DNA of 64,000 bases from Actinomycetota bacterium (GCA_020444505.1 JAHLKU010000001.1:62810-126809), one strand, 5' to 3'. Numbered from the stretch's first letter, positions 17,301 through 26,935 are shown. Translations and numbers: made by a program. Notes: generated by a model from the sequence alone, not told the origin.

Positions 17301-17705
17301 ATGAGGAGGACCGCCCTGTTCCTGGCGCTCGCGCTCGCTGCTTCGGCCTGCAGCGGGTCGGGAGACGCCACCACCACGTCGAGCGGCACCGGCCTCAGCA
17401 CCAGCACTTCCACGACCATCGACGTGCGCGTCTGCCAGGACCTGGCCGACGACACGATCCGCTGGGTGGAGGACCTGGCCGGGGCGCTCGAGGGCATCAG
17501 CTACGACGTCCTCACCGACCGGGCCCTGTGGCCCGAGGACCTGGTCCGCCTCGACGAGGAGGGCGGCGCCATCCAGGCCGAGTCCGACGCCGCCGGGTGC
17601 GACGAGTCGCTCATCCGGGGCGCGGTGGTGGAAGCGGTGTCCCGCATGGATCCGCAGGGCTCCACGGCCACGCTGCTGTTGGAACTGCTGGCGCCGGGCG
17701 GTTAG
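17301..17705 (+). CDS. small lipoprotein, unknown function (paralogue-like to 15576..15938)
   Basis: MRRTALFLALALAASAC lipobox, a Ser/Thr linker, and an acidic domain with 2 Cys. TAACCT at 17288-17293 lies 7 nt upstream of the ATG. Confidence 0.6.
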   Translation: MRRTALFLALALAASACSGSGDATTTSSGTGLSTSTSTTIDVRVCQDLADDTIRWVEDLAGALEGISYDVLTDRALWPEDLVRLDEEGGAIQAESDAAGCDESLIRGAVVEAVSRMDPQGSTATLLLELLAPGG

Positions 17706-17712
17706 CCGCCGG

Positions 17713-18405
17713 TCAGACGGAGAGCCGTGCGGCCGCGTCGCGGTCGATCAGCCACACCGGGTCCTTCGACGCGTCGCTCACCATCGCGGCGGGGAGGCCC
17801 GAGTCGCCTTCCAGCACCTCGGCGACGATCTCGGCCTTGGCCCGGCCCGTCACCAGGAACATGGTGCGGCGCGCCCTGCGCAGCAGCGGCAGGGTGGCGG
17901 TGAGCCGCCACGCCTCCTGCTGCGGCACCCAGTCGGCCACGTAGTCGCGGTCCCGGACCGTGATCGCATCGCCGCCGGGGAACAGCGAGGCGGTGTGGCC
18001 GTCCTCGCCCACGCCGAGCAGCACCAGGCCGGGCTTGGGGCCGGTGGTGGACGCGTCGAGGAGGCCGGCGAGCTCCTTGTCGTACCGGGCGGCGGCCGCC
18101 TGCGGGTCCTCCACCCACGGCACCGGGTGGAGCGTGGCGGGGACGTGGTCGAACAGGGTCTTCGCCGCCATGCCCGCGTTGCTGGCGGGGTCGTCGATCG
18201 GCACGAACCGCTCGTCCACCATCCAGCCGTGGACCTCGTCCCAGGGGAGCCGCGCCTCCCGCAGCCGCCGGTAGGTGGCGCGGGGCGTCTGCCCGCCGGC
18301 GAGGCCGATGGTGACGTTGGGTGCGGTCAAGCGCACCCAGGCTTCGATTTCCTGGGCGGCTGCCTCGGCGAGACGATCGGCGTCGTCGAAGATGCGGATG
18401 CGCAC
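17713..18405 (-). CDS. pgl: 6-phosphogluconolactonase
   Basis: IGLAGGQTP, WMVDERFVP, LLGVGEDGHTASLFPG and TATLPLL motifs. Confidence 0.9.
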   Translation of the reverse strand: MRIRIFDDADRLAEAAAQEIEAWVRLTAPNVTIGLAGGQTPRATYRRLREARLPWDEVHGWMVDERFVPIDDPASNAGMAAKTLFDHVPATLHPVPWVEDPQAAAARYDKELAGLLDASTTGPKPGLVLLGVGEDGHTASLFPGGDAITVRDRDYVADWVPQQEAWRLTATLPLLRRARRTMFLVTGRAKAEIVAEVLEGDSGLPAAMVSDASKDPVWLIDRDAAARLSV

Positions 18406-18465
18406 GGACGGTCGACTTTACTACCTTGCAGGGCCGTCGGACCGGCCGGCGAAGGGGTGCGATCG

Positions 18466-19125
18466 ATGGCGCGCAGGCTGCGTGTGGAGTGGTCGAAGGG
18501 GCGCAAGGTGACCGCCGATCTGGCGGTGCCCGGCGACCCGCGCGGCCCCGCCGTCCTGCTCGCCCACGGCGCAGGCGCGGGGCGGCGGCATCCGTTCATG
18601 GCCGGGCTGGTGGCGAGGCTCGTGGCGGCCGGGCATCCCACCATGGTGTTCGACTACCCGTACATGGAGGAGGGCCGCAGGGCCCCCGACCGGATGCCGG
18701 CGCTGCTGGCCTGCCACCGTGCCGCCCACGACCGCCTGGCCGCCTACGGGTGGCCGGTCGTGCTGGCCGGCAAGTCGATGGGCGGCCGGATGGCGTCGCA
18801 CCTGGCCGCCGGCCTCGCGGGCCCGGCCGGGCTGGCGGTCTACGGCTACCCCCTGGTGTCGCCGTCGAGCGGCGCGGTGCGGGACACCGCGCACCTGCGG
18901 GAGACCGGCGTCCCGATGCTGTTCCTGAGCGGCTCACGCGACCGCCTCGCCCCGATGGGCCTGCTCCGCCCGGTCGTGGAGTCCCTCCCCTCCGCCACCC
19001 TGGAGGTGGTGGAGGGCGCAGGGCACTCCTTCGAGGTGCCCGCCCGATCGGGTCTGACGTTCGACGGCGTGCTGGACCGCCTGGCCGCCGTGACGGCGGC
19101 ATGGCTCGGCGGGCTCAGGCGATGA
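18466..19125 (+). CDS. alpha/beta hydrolase (dienelactone-hydrolase/KANL3-like)
   Basis: ATG 18466. AHGAGAG, the nucleophile elbow GKSMGG, and GSRD...GAGHSF. Confidence 0.75.
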   Translation: MARRLRVEWSKGRKVTADLAVPGDPRGPAVLLAHGAGAGRRHPFMAGLVARLVAAGHPTMVFDYPYMEEGRRAPDRMPALLACHRAAHDRLAAYGWPVVLAGKSMGGRMASHLAAGLAGPAGLAVYGYPLVSPSSGAVRDTAHLRETGVPMLFLSGSRDRLAPMGLLRPVVESLPSATLEVVEGAGHSFEVPARSGLTFDGVLDRLAAVTAAWLGGLRR

Positions 19126-19579
19126 CGGGCGGAGGGTCGTAGGCGCCGCTGGCCACCCGGCCGCTCGCCCCCGGCTCGAGGTGCCAGACCGACCCCTTCT
19201 CCCACACCAGGCCGGCGTCGAGATCGGTGCCCCCGGCCGCGAGCCGCCCGAGGAGACCGGAGATGACGTCCCCGTGGCTGCACAGCACCGCCCCGGGGCC
19301 GACCCCGGCGAGGAGGGCGTCCACGAGGTGCCCGGGGGCCTCCTCGGCGAGGGCTCGCTCGACCTCCACCGGCACGCCCACGGCCCCGGCCAGGGGCTCC
19401 ACCGACTGCACGCACCGCAGGTAGGGGCTGGTCAGGATCCGCCGCACCCCGAGGGGGGCGAGACGGCCGGCGATGGCCTCGGCCTCGGCGCGGCCCCTGG
19501 CCGACAGCGGCCGGTCCACGTCGTCGCCGTCCCAGTCGGCCCTGCGGCCGGCATGGGCGTGGCGGAACACATGGATCAT
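19115..19579 (-). CDS. histidine phosphatase family protein (SixA/MutT1 C-terminal-domain-like)
   Basis: MIHVFRHAHAG (RHG-type motif), SPYLRCVQS, and CSHGDVI. Its ATG overlaps the ppk-nudix stop (ATGA). Confidence 0.8.
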   Translation of the reverse strand: MIHVFRHAHAGRRADWDGDDVDRPLSARGRAEAEAIAGRLAPLGVRRILTSPYLRCVQSVEPLAGAVGVPVEVERALAEEAPGHLVDALLAGVGPGAVLCSHGDVISGLLGRLAAGGTDLDAGLVWEKGSVWHLEPGASGRVASGAYDPPPVIA

Positions 19580-22080
19580 CGGCTCAGTGCCTCCTCGAGC
19601 GAGCGGACCAGGGCCCGGTCCCGATCGTAGGACAGCCGTACCGCGGCCTCGCCGACGGGGAGCCACTCGGTGGCATCCACCTCTTCGTTGGGCAGGAACT
19701 CTCCGCTCTCGAGGGTCATCGCCCAGTAGCGGACCACCTTGTGCAGCCCCTGGCCGTCCACGTACTCGATGGACCCCATCTCGGGGCCGAGCGCGCAGTC
19801 GAGCCCGGTCTCCTCGAACACCTCGCGCAGCGCAGCGTCGGCTTCGGTCTCGCCCGGCTCCAGCTTGCCCTTGGGGAGCGACCAGTCGTCGTAGCGGGGC
19901 CGGTGGACGACCAGCACCTCCCTGCCGCCGTCCGCCCCGCGGCGATGGACGACGCCCCCGGCGGCCATGACGGTGGTGGCGGTGGTGGCCCCGGCGGCCT
20001 CCGGGTCGGGCTCGGCGCCCTCCGACCTCGCCAGCGCCAGCTCTTCGAAGCGGAAGTGGGCGTTGATGCCCTCGATCGACGGCACCCTGGCCCAGGTGCC
20101 GTCGGCGTCGAGGGTGTAGGCCAGCAGGTCGTCGGCCAGGTTCACCCGCAGCACCTCCTCGAGGCGGGCCTGCAGGCCGGGGTCGGTGATGGGGATGACC
20201 GCCTCGACCCGCGAGTTCAGGTTGCGCTGCATCATGTCGGCGGAGCCGATGAGGTACTCGACGCCGTCGCCCTGCCCGAAGCGGAACACCCTGCTGTGCT
20301 CCAGGTACTTGCCGACGATGGAACGGACCCGGATGGTCTCCGAGAGGCCGGGGACGCCCGGCCGCAGGCAGCAGACCCCGCGGATCACCAGATCGATGGG
20401 CACCCCGGCGGCGGAGGCGGCGTAGAGGGCGTCGACGATGCCCGGGTCCACCAGGTGGTTGAGCTTCATCACGATGCGCCCTTCGGCGCCCAGGTCGGCC
20501 TGGGCCCGGATGCGGCGCACCAGCATGCGGCGCAGGCTGGTGGGGGCGACCAGCAGGCGCCGGTACTTCTTCTGGCGGCTGAACCCGGTGAGCACGTTGA
20601 ACAACTCGCTCAGGTCGGCGCCGATCTCCTCGTCGGCCGTCAGCAGGCCCAGGTCCTCGTAGAGGGTGGCGGTCTTGGGGTTGTAGTTGCCGGTGCCCAC
20701 GTGGCTGTAGCGGCGGAGGCCCGACGGCTCGCGCCGCACCACCAGGGCGATCTTGGAGTGGGTCTTGAGGCCGCTGACGCCGTAGACCACGTGGACGCCG
20801 GCTTCCTCCAGCATCCGGCCCCAGGCGATGTTGGCCTCCTCGTCGAAGCGCGCCTTCAACTCGATGAGGCAGACCACCTGCTTGCCGGCGCGGGCGGCCG
20901 CCATCAGCGAGCGGACGATCGACTGCTCGCCGCCGAGCGCCGGGTCGCCGGGGTCGGACGTGCGGTACAGGGTCTGCTTGATCGCCACGACGGCGGGGTC
21001 GGTGGCCGCGTGGGCGATGAACGCCTGCACCGACGTGACGAACGAGTCGTAGGGCAGGTGGATCAGCAGGTCGTTGGCGGCCACGGCCTCGAAGATGTTG
21101 TGGTCGTCCCTGGCGAGCGCCGGCTGGGTCACCGGCGCCCACGGGGCGTCTTTCAACTCGGGGCGGTCGATGCCGTACAGGCCCCACAGTCCGTCGAGGG
21201 CGAGCGGGGCCTGGGAGACGTACAGGGCGGCGGGGTCCAGCTTCAGCTTGGAGACGAGGAAGTCCCGCAGGTCGTCCGGCATCCCGGCGTCCACCTCGAG
21301 CCGGATGGCGCGCGAGAAGCGGTGGCGGGTGACGAGCAGCGACTCCATCGCCTCGACCAGGTCGTCGGCCTCCTCCTCCTCGAGGGCCTGGTCGGCGCTG
21401 CGGGTGACCTGGAACACGTGGTGCCCGGCGACGTCCATGCCGGGGAAGAGCCGGTCGATGTGGGCGCTGATCACCTGCTCGACGGGGACGTAGCGCTCCT
21501 GGTCGGGCAGGACGATGAACCGGGGGAGCGTCTGCGGCACCTTGATCCTGGCGAACTGCTCCTCGCCCGTCTTGGGGTTCGTCACCAGCACGGCCAGGTT
21601 CAGCGACAGGTTGCTGATGTAGGGGAACGGGTGGGACGGGTCCACCGCCAGCGGGGTGAGCACCGGGTACATCTCGGTCTCGAACAGGTGGTCGAGCTCC
21701 TTGCGGTCGGCCTTGGCGAGGTCGTCGTAGTCGGTGAGCCGGATGTCCTGCGCCTCGAGCTCGGGGATGATCTCGTTCAGGAACACCCGCTCCTTGCGGG
21801 CGACGAGGCGCTGGGTCTTCTCTGCGATCTCCTCCAGCTGCTGCGCCGGGGTGCGCCCGTCGGCGGTGGCCTTGCGGATGCCGGCGGCGCGCTGCTCCAT
21901 GAGGCCGGCCACGCGCACCTGGAAGAACTCGTTCAGGTTGCTGGTGACGATCGCCACGAACTTGACGCGCTCCAGCAGCGGGATGTTGGGGTTCTCGGCC
22001 AGCGCCAGCACCCGCTCCTGGAAGTCGAGGAGCGACAGCTCACGGTTGAAGTAGCGGGCCTGGGCCGTATCGGTTCGCAG
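19576..22080 (-). CDS. ppk: polyphosphate kinase 1 fused to a C-terminal NUDIX hydrolase domain
   Basis: PPK1 N-terminus RYFNRELSLLDFQERVLALAENPNIPLLERVKFVAIVTSNLNEFF, then the PLD-like HSK motifs. The C-terminal roughly 135 aa carry the Nudix box GKLEPGETEADAALREVFEETG. The start is uncertain: CTG 22078-22080 follows GGAGG, while the tracked GTG 22011 would truncate conserved N-terminal residues. Confidence 0.85.
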   Translation of the reverse strand: MRTDTAQARYFNRELSLLDFQERVLALAENPNIPLLERVKFVAIVTSNLNEFFQVRVAGLMEQRAAGIRKATADGRTPAQQLEEIAEKTQRLVARKERVFLNEIIPELEAQDIRLTDYDDLAKADRKELDHLFETEMYPVLTPLAVDPSHPFPYISNLSLNLAVLVTNPKTGEEQFARIKVPQTLPRFIVLPDQERYVPVEQVISAHIDRLFPGMDVAGHHVFQVTRSADQALEEEEADDLVEAMESLLVTRHRFSRAIRLEVDAGMPDDLRDFLVSKLKLDPAALYVSQAPLALDGLWGLYGIDRPELKDAPWAPVTQPALARDDHNIFEAVAANDLLIHLPYDSFVTSVQAFIAHAATDPAVVAIKQTLYRTSDPGDPALGGEQSIVRSLMAAARAGKQVVCLIELKARFDEEANIAWGRMLEEAGVHVVYGVSGLKTHSKIALVVRREPSGLRRYSHVGTGNYNPKTATLYEDLGLLTADEEIGADLSELFNVLTGFSRQKKYRRLLVAPTSLRRMLVRRIRAQADLGAEGRIVMKLNHLVDPGIVDALYAASAAGVPIDLVIRGVCCLRPGVPGLSETIRVRSIVGKYLEHSRVFRFGQGDGVEYLIGSADMMQRNLNSRVEAVIPITDPGLQARLEEVLRVNLADDLLAYTLDADGTWARVPSIEGINAHFRFEELALARSEGAEPDPEAAGATTATTVMAAGGVVHRRGADGGREVLVVHRPRYDDWSLPKGKLEPGETEADAALREVFEETGLDCALGPEMGSIEYVDGQGLHKVVRYWAMTLESGEFLPNEEVDATEWLPVGEAAVRLSYDRDRALVRSLEEALSR

Positions 22081-22135
22081 GGGGAGCGCCTCCGGTGCGG
22101 GGCGTCCAATGATAGATACGGCCCGCCGGGCCGGA

Positions 22136-22597
22136 TCAGGCGCCGCCGGCCCCGAAGCGGTCTTCGAGGGCGGCCACCTTGCCCACCCGGCGCACGTGCC
22201 GGTCGTCGCCGCTGAAGCGTGCGCCGAGGAAGGCGTCCACGACCTCGTCGGCCACGGCGGGCCCGATCACTCGGCTGCCGACGGCCAGGACGTTGGCGTC
22301 GTCGTGCTCCACCGACTGGTGGGCGCTGTAGGTGTCGTGGGCGAGCGCGCAGCGGACGCCCTTCACCTTGTTGGCGGCGATGGAGGCACCGGCGCCGGAC
22401 CCGCACACCACGATGCCGCGGTGCGCCCGCCCCTCGGCGACGGCGCGGCCCACGGCCTCGGCGTAGTCGGGGTAGTCCACCGGCTCCTCGCTGTGGGTGC
22501 CGAGGTCGAGCACCGAGTGCCCGGCGGCGGCGATGCGGGCCCCCAGCGCCTCCTTGAGGGCGTACCCGGCGTGGTCGGCTGCGATGGCGACTCTCAC
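22136..22597 (-). CDS. rpiB: ribose-5-phosphate isomerase B (housekeeping copy)
   Basis: [15 protein letters not shown]...[25 protein letters not shown]...[10 protein letters not shown]. No N-terminal extension. Confidence 0.9.
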   Translation of the reverse strand: MRVAIAADHAGYALKEALGARIAAAGHSVLDLGTHSEEPVDYPDYAEAVGRAVAEGRAHRGIVVCGSGAGASIAANKVKGVRCALAHDTYSAHQSVEHDDANVLAVGSRVIGPAVADEVVDAFLGARFSGDDRHVRRVGKVAALEDRFGAGGA

Positions 22598-22668
22598 GTC
22601 CCGGCAGCGTAGCCGCTGCGGGCGCCGCCCCCGGGAACGCTGCCGTCGGCCCGGCGTAGGATGGCCCG

Positions 22669-23931
22669 ATGGAGCAGATCGTCGTCACGGGCGGGCGCGC
22701 CCTCGGCGGCTCGGTGCAGGTGTGCGGGGCCAAGAACGCCGTCCTCAAGCACCTGGTGGCGATGCTGCTGGCGCCCGGCGAGCACCGCCTCGACAACGTG
22801 CCCGGCATCGCCGACGTGGACATCATGTGCCGGGTGCTGGAGCACATCGGCGCCAGCGCGCGCCGGGACGGCTCCAGGCTCACCGTCCACATCCCCGACG
22901 ACCTGCGGCCGGAGGCTCCCATCGAACTGGTCCGCAAGATGCGGGCGTCGATCCTGGTGCTCGGCGCGCTGCTGGCGAGGGCCGGGGAGGCCCGGGTGGC
23001 GCTGCCGGGCGGCGACGACTTCGGCTCGCGCCCCATCGACATGCACCTCGACGGGCTGGAGGCGCTGGGGGCCACCTTCGAGTTGCGCCACGGCGTCCTG
23101 CACGCCGCGGCGCCGGGCGGGCTGCGCGGCACCGAGGTGACCCTGGAGTTCCCCAGCGTCGGCGCCACCGAGAACGTGCTGTTCGGCGCCGTGATGGCGC
23201 AGGGCACCACGGTGATCTCCAACGCGGCCCGCGAGCCCGAGATCGCCGACCTGGCGGCCGCGCTGTCGTCGATGGGCGCCCGCATCGATGGAGCCGGCAC
23301 GTCCACGATGCAGATCCACGGCGTCGGCGAGATGGCCCCCATGGATCACCGCGTGGTCCCCGACCGCCTGGAGGCAGGCACCTACCTGATCGCCGGAGCG
23401 ATCACCGGCGGGGAGGTGACGGTGGAGCGGTGCGTGCCGTCGCATCTGCGCATGGAGTTGCGCAAACTGGAGGAGGCCGGCTGCGAGATCGAGACCGGCG
23501 ACGACTGGGTGCGCCTCGCCGGGCCGGAGCGGCCGCAGGCGGTGGGGTTCTCGACGCTGCCGTACCCGGGGTTCCACACCGACATGCACCCGCAGATGGT
23601 CGCCCTGCTGTCGGTGGCGGAGGGCACCTCCGTGATCACCGAGAACATCTACGAGGCCCGGTTCCGCTACGTCGGCGAGTTGAACCGCCTCGGCGCCGAC
23701 GTGACCCTGGAGGGCCAGCACGTGCTGATCCGCGGCGTCGAGGCGCTCAGCGGCTGCCCGGTGGACGCCTGCGACATCCGCGCCGGGGCGGCGATGGTGC
23801 TCGCCGGGCTGCGGGCGGAGGGGTACACCGAGGTGGCCAACGCCAACCACATCGACCGCGGCTACCAGCGCTTCGTCCCCAACCTGGAGGCCCTCGGCGC
23901 CGACATCCGCCGGGAGACGGTGGAGGCCTGA
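22669..23931 (+). CDS. murA: UDP-N-acetylglucosamine 1-carboxyvinyltransferase
   Basis: [22 protein letters not shown] and [16 protein letters not shown], full length at 420 aa. TAGGAT at 22657-22662 lies 6 nt upstream of the ATG. Confidence 0.95.
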   Translation: MEQIVVTGGRALGGSVQVCGAKNAVLKHLVAMLLAPGEHRLDNVPGIADVDIMCRVLEHIGASARRDGSRLTVHIPDDLRPEAPIELVRKMRASILVLGALLARAGEARVALPGGDDFGSRPIDMHLDGLEALGATFELRHGVLHAAAPGGLRGTEVTLEFPSVGATENVLFGAVMAQGTTVISNAAREPEIADLAAALSSMGARIDGAGTSTMQIHGVGEMAPMDHRVVPDRLEAGTYLIAGAITGGEVTVERCVPSHLRMELRKLEEAGCEIETGDDWVRLAGPERPQAVGFSTLPYPGFHTDMHPQMVALLSVAEGTSVITENIYEARFRYVGELNRLGADVTLEGQHVLIRGVEALSGCPVDACDIRAGAAMVLAGLRAEGYTEVANANHIDRGYQRFVPNLEALGADIRRETVEA

Positions 23932-24054
23932 CGCCCCGCCGCCCCGGGGTGGCGACTCCCGAGTACACACCCCCAGAGTGAGGTCAGGGGTCCCGAGGGG
24001 CTCGACGACTCGCCAACTCGGCGTGCCGATCCGGTGGTCGTAGAGTTGGGCGAC

Positions 24055-24627
24055 ATGGCCTTTTCGATCAAGCCGCTCGATGAGTCGACGTGGGATGCGT
24101 TCGCCGCGTTGGTGGAGGCGAACAACGGGATCTTCGGTGGTTGCTGGTGCATGGGGTTCCATCCCGAGGACGACCGTCATGCCGATGCCGACGAACCCAA
24201 CCGCCTCCGCAAGTTCGACCGTGTACGCAACGGGACGGCACATGCCGCACTCGTCTTCGAAGGTGAGGAATGCGTCGGCTGGTGCCAGTTCGGCGTTCCC
24301 GAGGAAGTGCCTCGCATCAAGAGCCTCAGGGAGTATCAGAAGGGGCTGGGTGCGTTGCCTGACTGGCGAATCGCCTGCTGCTACGTCGGCAAAGGTCACC
24401 GCCGCAAAGGCGTCGCCGCAGCTGCGCTCGCCGGGGCGCTCGACCTCATCGCCGGACTGGGCGGTGGTCGAGTGGAGGGGTATCCCGAATCTGCCGATGC
24501 CGTGCCGGCCGGGTTCCTCTACAACGGGGCCCTGTCGACCTACGAAGCCGCAGGGTTCACCAAGGACCGCAAGATAGGCAAGCACCGCTGGGTTGTCGTC
24601 AAGGATGTCGCGCCAACGGGCGCCTGA
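24055..24627 (+). CDS. GNAT-family N-acetyltransferase
   Basis: RRKGVAAAALAGALDLIAGLGGGRVEGYP is an acetyl-CoA-binding-type motif. TAGAGT at 24041-24046 lies 8 nt upstream of ATG 24055. Confidence 0.7.
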   Translation: MAFSIKPLDESTWDAFAALVEANNGIFGGCWCMGFHPEDDRHADADEPNRLRKFDRVRNGTAHAALVFEGEECVGWCQFGVPEEVPRIKSLREYQKGLGALPDWRIACCYVGKGHRRKGVAAAALAGALDLIAGLGGGRVEGYPESADAVPAGFLYNGALSTYEAAGFTKDRKIGKHRWVVVKDVAPTGA

Positions 24628-24829
24628 GCCGTCGGCTCCTGGGTGGTCGTAGCCCAACGACACCGAGCGAGCCGAGCCGACCCACAGCCTGGTGGTCGGG
24701 CCGCATCGAATCGCAGCGGGCTCCTGGTAGATCGGCCTGGACGCCGGGCTGGGCATGCTCCTTCGCGCAGGGGCGGCGCGCAGGTGGCCGGCAGGTAGCC
24801 GGACGGGCGCCGCCCAGGCGGCGGGGCCC

Positions 24830-25741
24830 TCAGGAGATCGGCTTCTCGTAGCCGTCGAGGACGTGCCAGGGCTCGAAGCCGGCGCTGCGGTACAGGGCGC
24901 CGGAGGCCGCGTTCGACTCGAAGTTGGCCACGATGGCGTACTCCATGCCTGCGGCGGCCATGTGGTGGGCGGCGTACTGCACCACGGCCCTGCCCAGGCC
25001 GCGGCGGCGGTGATCGGGATGGGTGCCGACGGCCTCGAGCAGCCCGGTCCGGTTGATCGGGTCGTACCAGGTGACGGCGAAGGCGCCGAACCCGCCGCCG
25101 GGCGCCACCGCCACCAGTTCCCGCGCCGGGTCGTAGCCGGGCGACTCCATGACCCGGCGGTACAGCGCCTCGGTCCACCCCGCGCCGGGGAAGGCGGCGC
25201 CGTGCACCGCCGCCACCGCCCCGGCCTCTTCGACACCGGTGACGGCGCGGATCGTGTAGCCGTCGGGGATCTCGGGCCCGGGCACGTCGGAGATCCGGGC
25301 GCGGTTGATCACGTACGGCGGGTCGCCGTCGGGCGCCCAGCCGAGGTCGGTGATGATCTCGATGCGGGCCGTGTCGCACCGGAAGGCATCGCCGGCCATG
25401 ACGGCCGATGCCACACCGTGGCGCCGCATCAACTCGGCGGTGCGGGCGTCGGCGTACTCGAGCACCTCCCGCTCGAACGCCCCGCCCCGCAGGTCGTGGC
25501 GCACCTGCGCGTCGTAGGAGCGATGCCGCGGCCCTACCAGCACCCAGGCCGCGACGCCGTCGCCGTCCTCCCAGACGGTCATCACCTCTGCGGGGTCGAA
25601 GTGCTTGTTGCCGTTGTAGAGGCGGTGGGGGATGTCGCCGGGGTGCACGTACCCGCAGCCGCCGGCGGCGGCACTGGAGACCGCGGTGAAGGCCTGCAGC
25701 AGTTCGAGGTCGGCTGCTCCCTCGTACGGTCGGCGTCGCAT
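24830..25741 (-). CDS. GNAT-family N-acetyltransferase (two-lobe, mycothiol-synthase-like architecture)
   Basis: ATG 25739-25741 follows GGGAGGG. The C-terminal lobe has HPDHRRRGLGRAVVQYAAHHMAAAG. The upstream part of the tracked ORF is an artefact. Confidence 0.75.
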   Translation of the reverse strand: MRRRPYEGAADLELLQAFTAVSSAAAGGCGYVHPGDIPHRLYNGNKHFDPAEVMTVWEDGDGVAAWVLVGPRHRSYDAQVRHDLRGGAFEREVLEYADARTAELMRRHGVASAVMAGDAFRCDTARIEIITDLGWAPDGDPPYVINRARISDVPGPEIPDGYTIRAVTGVEEAGAVAAVHGAAFPGAGWTEALYRRVMESPGYDPARELVAVAPGGGFGAFAVTWYDPINRTGLLEAVGTHPDHRRRGLGRAVVQYAAHHMAAAGMEYAIVANFESNAASGALYRSAGFEPWHVLDGYEKPIS

Positions 25742-25859
25742 CGGCCCTCCCGGCCGCACGGTGCGGCCGGGGCCGACCCTACGCGCCCCGGCGAGCACGG
25801 GAATGTCAGGCCCGCCTGACGGGTTGAGACGGCCAGTACGCCACCGGAGGTCGATCCCC

Positions 25860-26573
25860 GTGTCCCGCGCCCGCATCCTCGTGATCGCCGGCCTCGTCGC
25901 GCTGCTGCTGGCGGCCGGCGCGGTGTGGTGGTTCGTGTTCCGCGACACCTCGCCGCCCGCCCCGACGCTGGAGGGCGCCGTCGCCGAGCGGACCTCCACC
26001 ACGGAGGGCTCGGCGACCACTCCGCAGACCGACGGGGGCATCGAAGGGGAGTGGGTGCTGGCCGACGACGGCACCTCCTACGTCGGCTACCGGGTGCGGG
26101 AGGAACTGGCCTCCATCGGGGCGAAGACCGCCGTGGGCCGGACGCCGCTGGTGGAGGCGGCGCTGGTGGTCGAGGGGGGTGCGGTGACCACCGTGCAGGT
26201 GGACGCCGACCTCACCGGGCTGCAGAGCGACGACGACCGCCGCGACGGCGCCATCCGCCGCCAGGCCCTGGAGACCGCCACGTTCCCCGACGCCGCCTTC
26301 ACCCTGACGGCACCGATCACCCTGCCCGCCGGCGCCGCCGACGGCGAGCCGATCGAGGTGTCCGGCACCGGCGACCTGACCCTGCACGGCGTCACCCGCA
26401 CCGTCGAGGTGCCGCTGCAGGCGCAACTGGTGGACGGCCGGATCGTCGTGGTCGGCTCGGTGGAGATCGCCTTCGCGGACTACGACATCGACAAGCCCAC
26501 GTCGTTCGCCGTCCTCAGCGTCGAGGACGTCGGCGTCATGGAGTTGCTGCTCGTGTTCGAGCCGTCGGCATGA
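25860..26573 (+). CDS. YceI-like domain protein with an N-terminal membrane anchor
   Basis: GTG 25860 follows GGAGG. A TM helix ILVIAGLVALLLAAGAVWWFV is followed by a YceI-type core with SDDDRRDGAIR and GDLTLHGVTR. Confidence 0.75.
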   Translation: MSRARILVIAGLVALLLAAGAVWWFVFRDTSPPAPTLEGAVAERTSTTEGSATTPQTDGGIEGEWVLADDGTSYVGYRVREELASIGAKTAVGRTPLVEAALVVEGGAVTTVQVDADLTGLQSDDDRRDGAIRRQALETATFPDAAFTLTAPITLPAGAADGEPIEVSGTGDLTLHGVTRTVEVPLQAQLVDGRIVVVGSVEIAFADYDIDKPTSFAVLSVEDVGVMELLLVFEPSA

Positions 26574-26647
26574 CCCGCGGGAGGCGACCCCTGGGGTAGG
26601 GTGCCCGGCGGCCGTAGAATGCCCGGCCTGAGACCACCGAGGATCTG

Positions 26648-26935
26648 ATGAGCGACACCACCGACACCACGGCCGACACGGCCCAGGACGCCGCCGAGGA
26701 GACGCCGTTCTCGATCGACATCGACGTCCTGCAAGAGACGCTCGAGTACATCCGTCCTGCGCTGCAGGCCGACGGCGGCGACATGATCCTGCTCGGCGTG
26801 AACGAGGGGAAGGTGTCGTTGCAGTTGGTCGGGGCGTGCGGAGGGTGCCCGCTCTCGACGATGACGCTCACCGCCGGCATCGAGCGGATCCTGCGCGACC
26901 GGGTCCCCGGCGTCACCGAGGTCGTCGCGGTCTGA
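26648..26935 (+). CDS. NifU-like (Nfu-type) Fe-S cluster assembly domain protein
   Basis: [45 protein letters not shown] (CxxC). Confidence 0.85.
   Translation: MSDTTDTTADTAQDAAEETPFSIDIDVLQETLEYIRPALQADGGDMILLGVNEGKVSLQLVGACGGCPLSTMTLTAGIERILRDRVPGVTEVVAV

Noticed and set aside
19960-20060. Possibility that PPK1 and the Nudix domain are separate genes, with an internal GTG/ATG start (..TTVMAAGG..)
   Set aside because: No stop codon terminates the PPK1 frame before the Nudix domain, so as sequenced the two are one ORF. It is kept as a fusion, with a caveat about a possible assembly indel.
23940-24700. Slightly lower-G+C stretch around the GNAT gene 24055..24627, considered as a possible horizontally acquired islet
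   Set aside because: This is an impression by eye only. There are no flanking repeats, tRNA or integrase, so it cannot be supported without computing composition.
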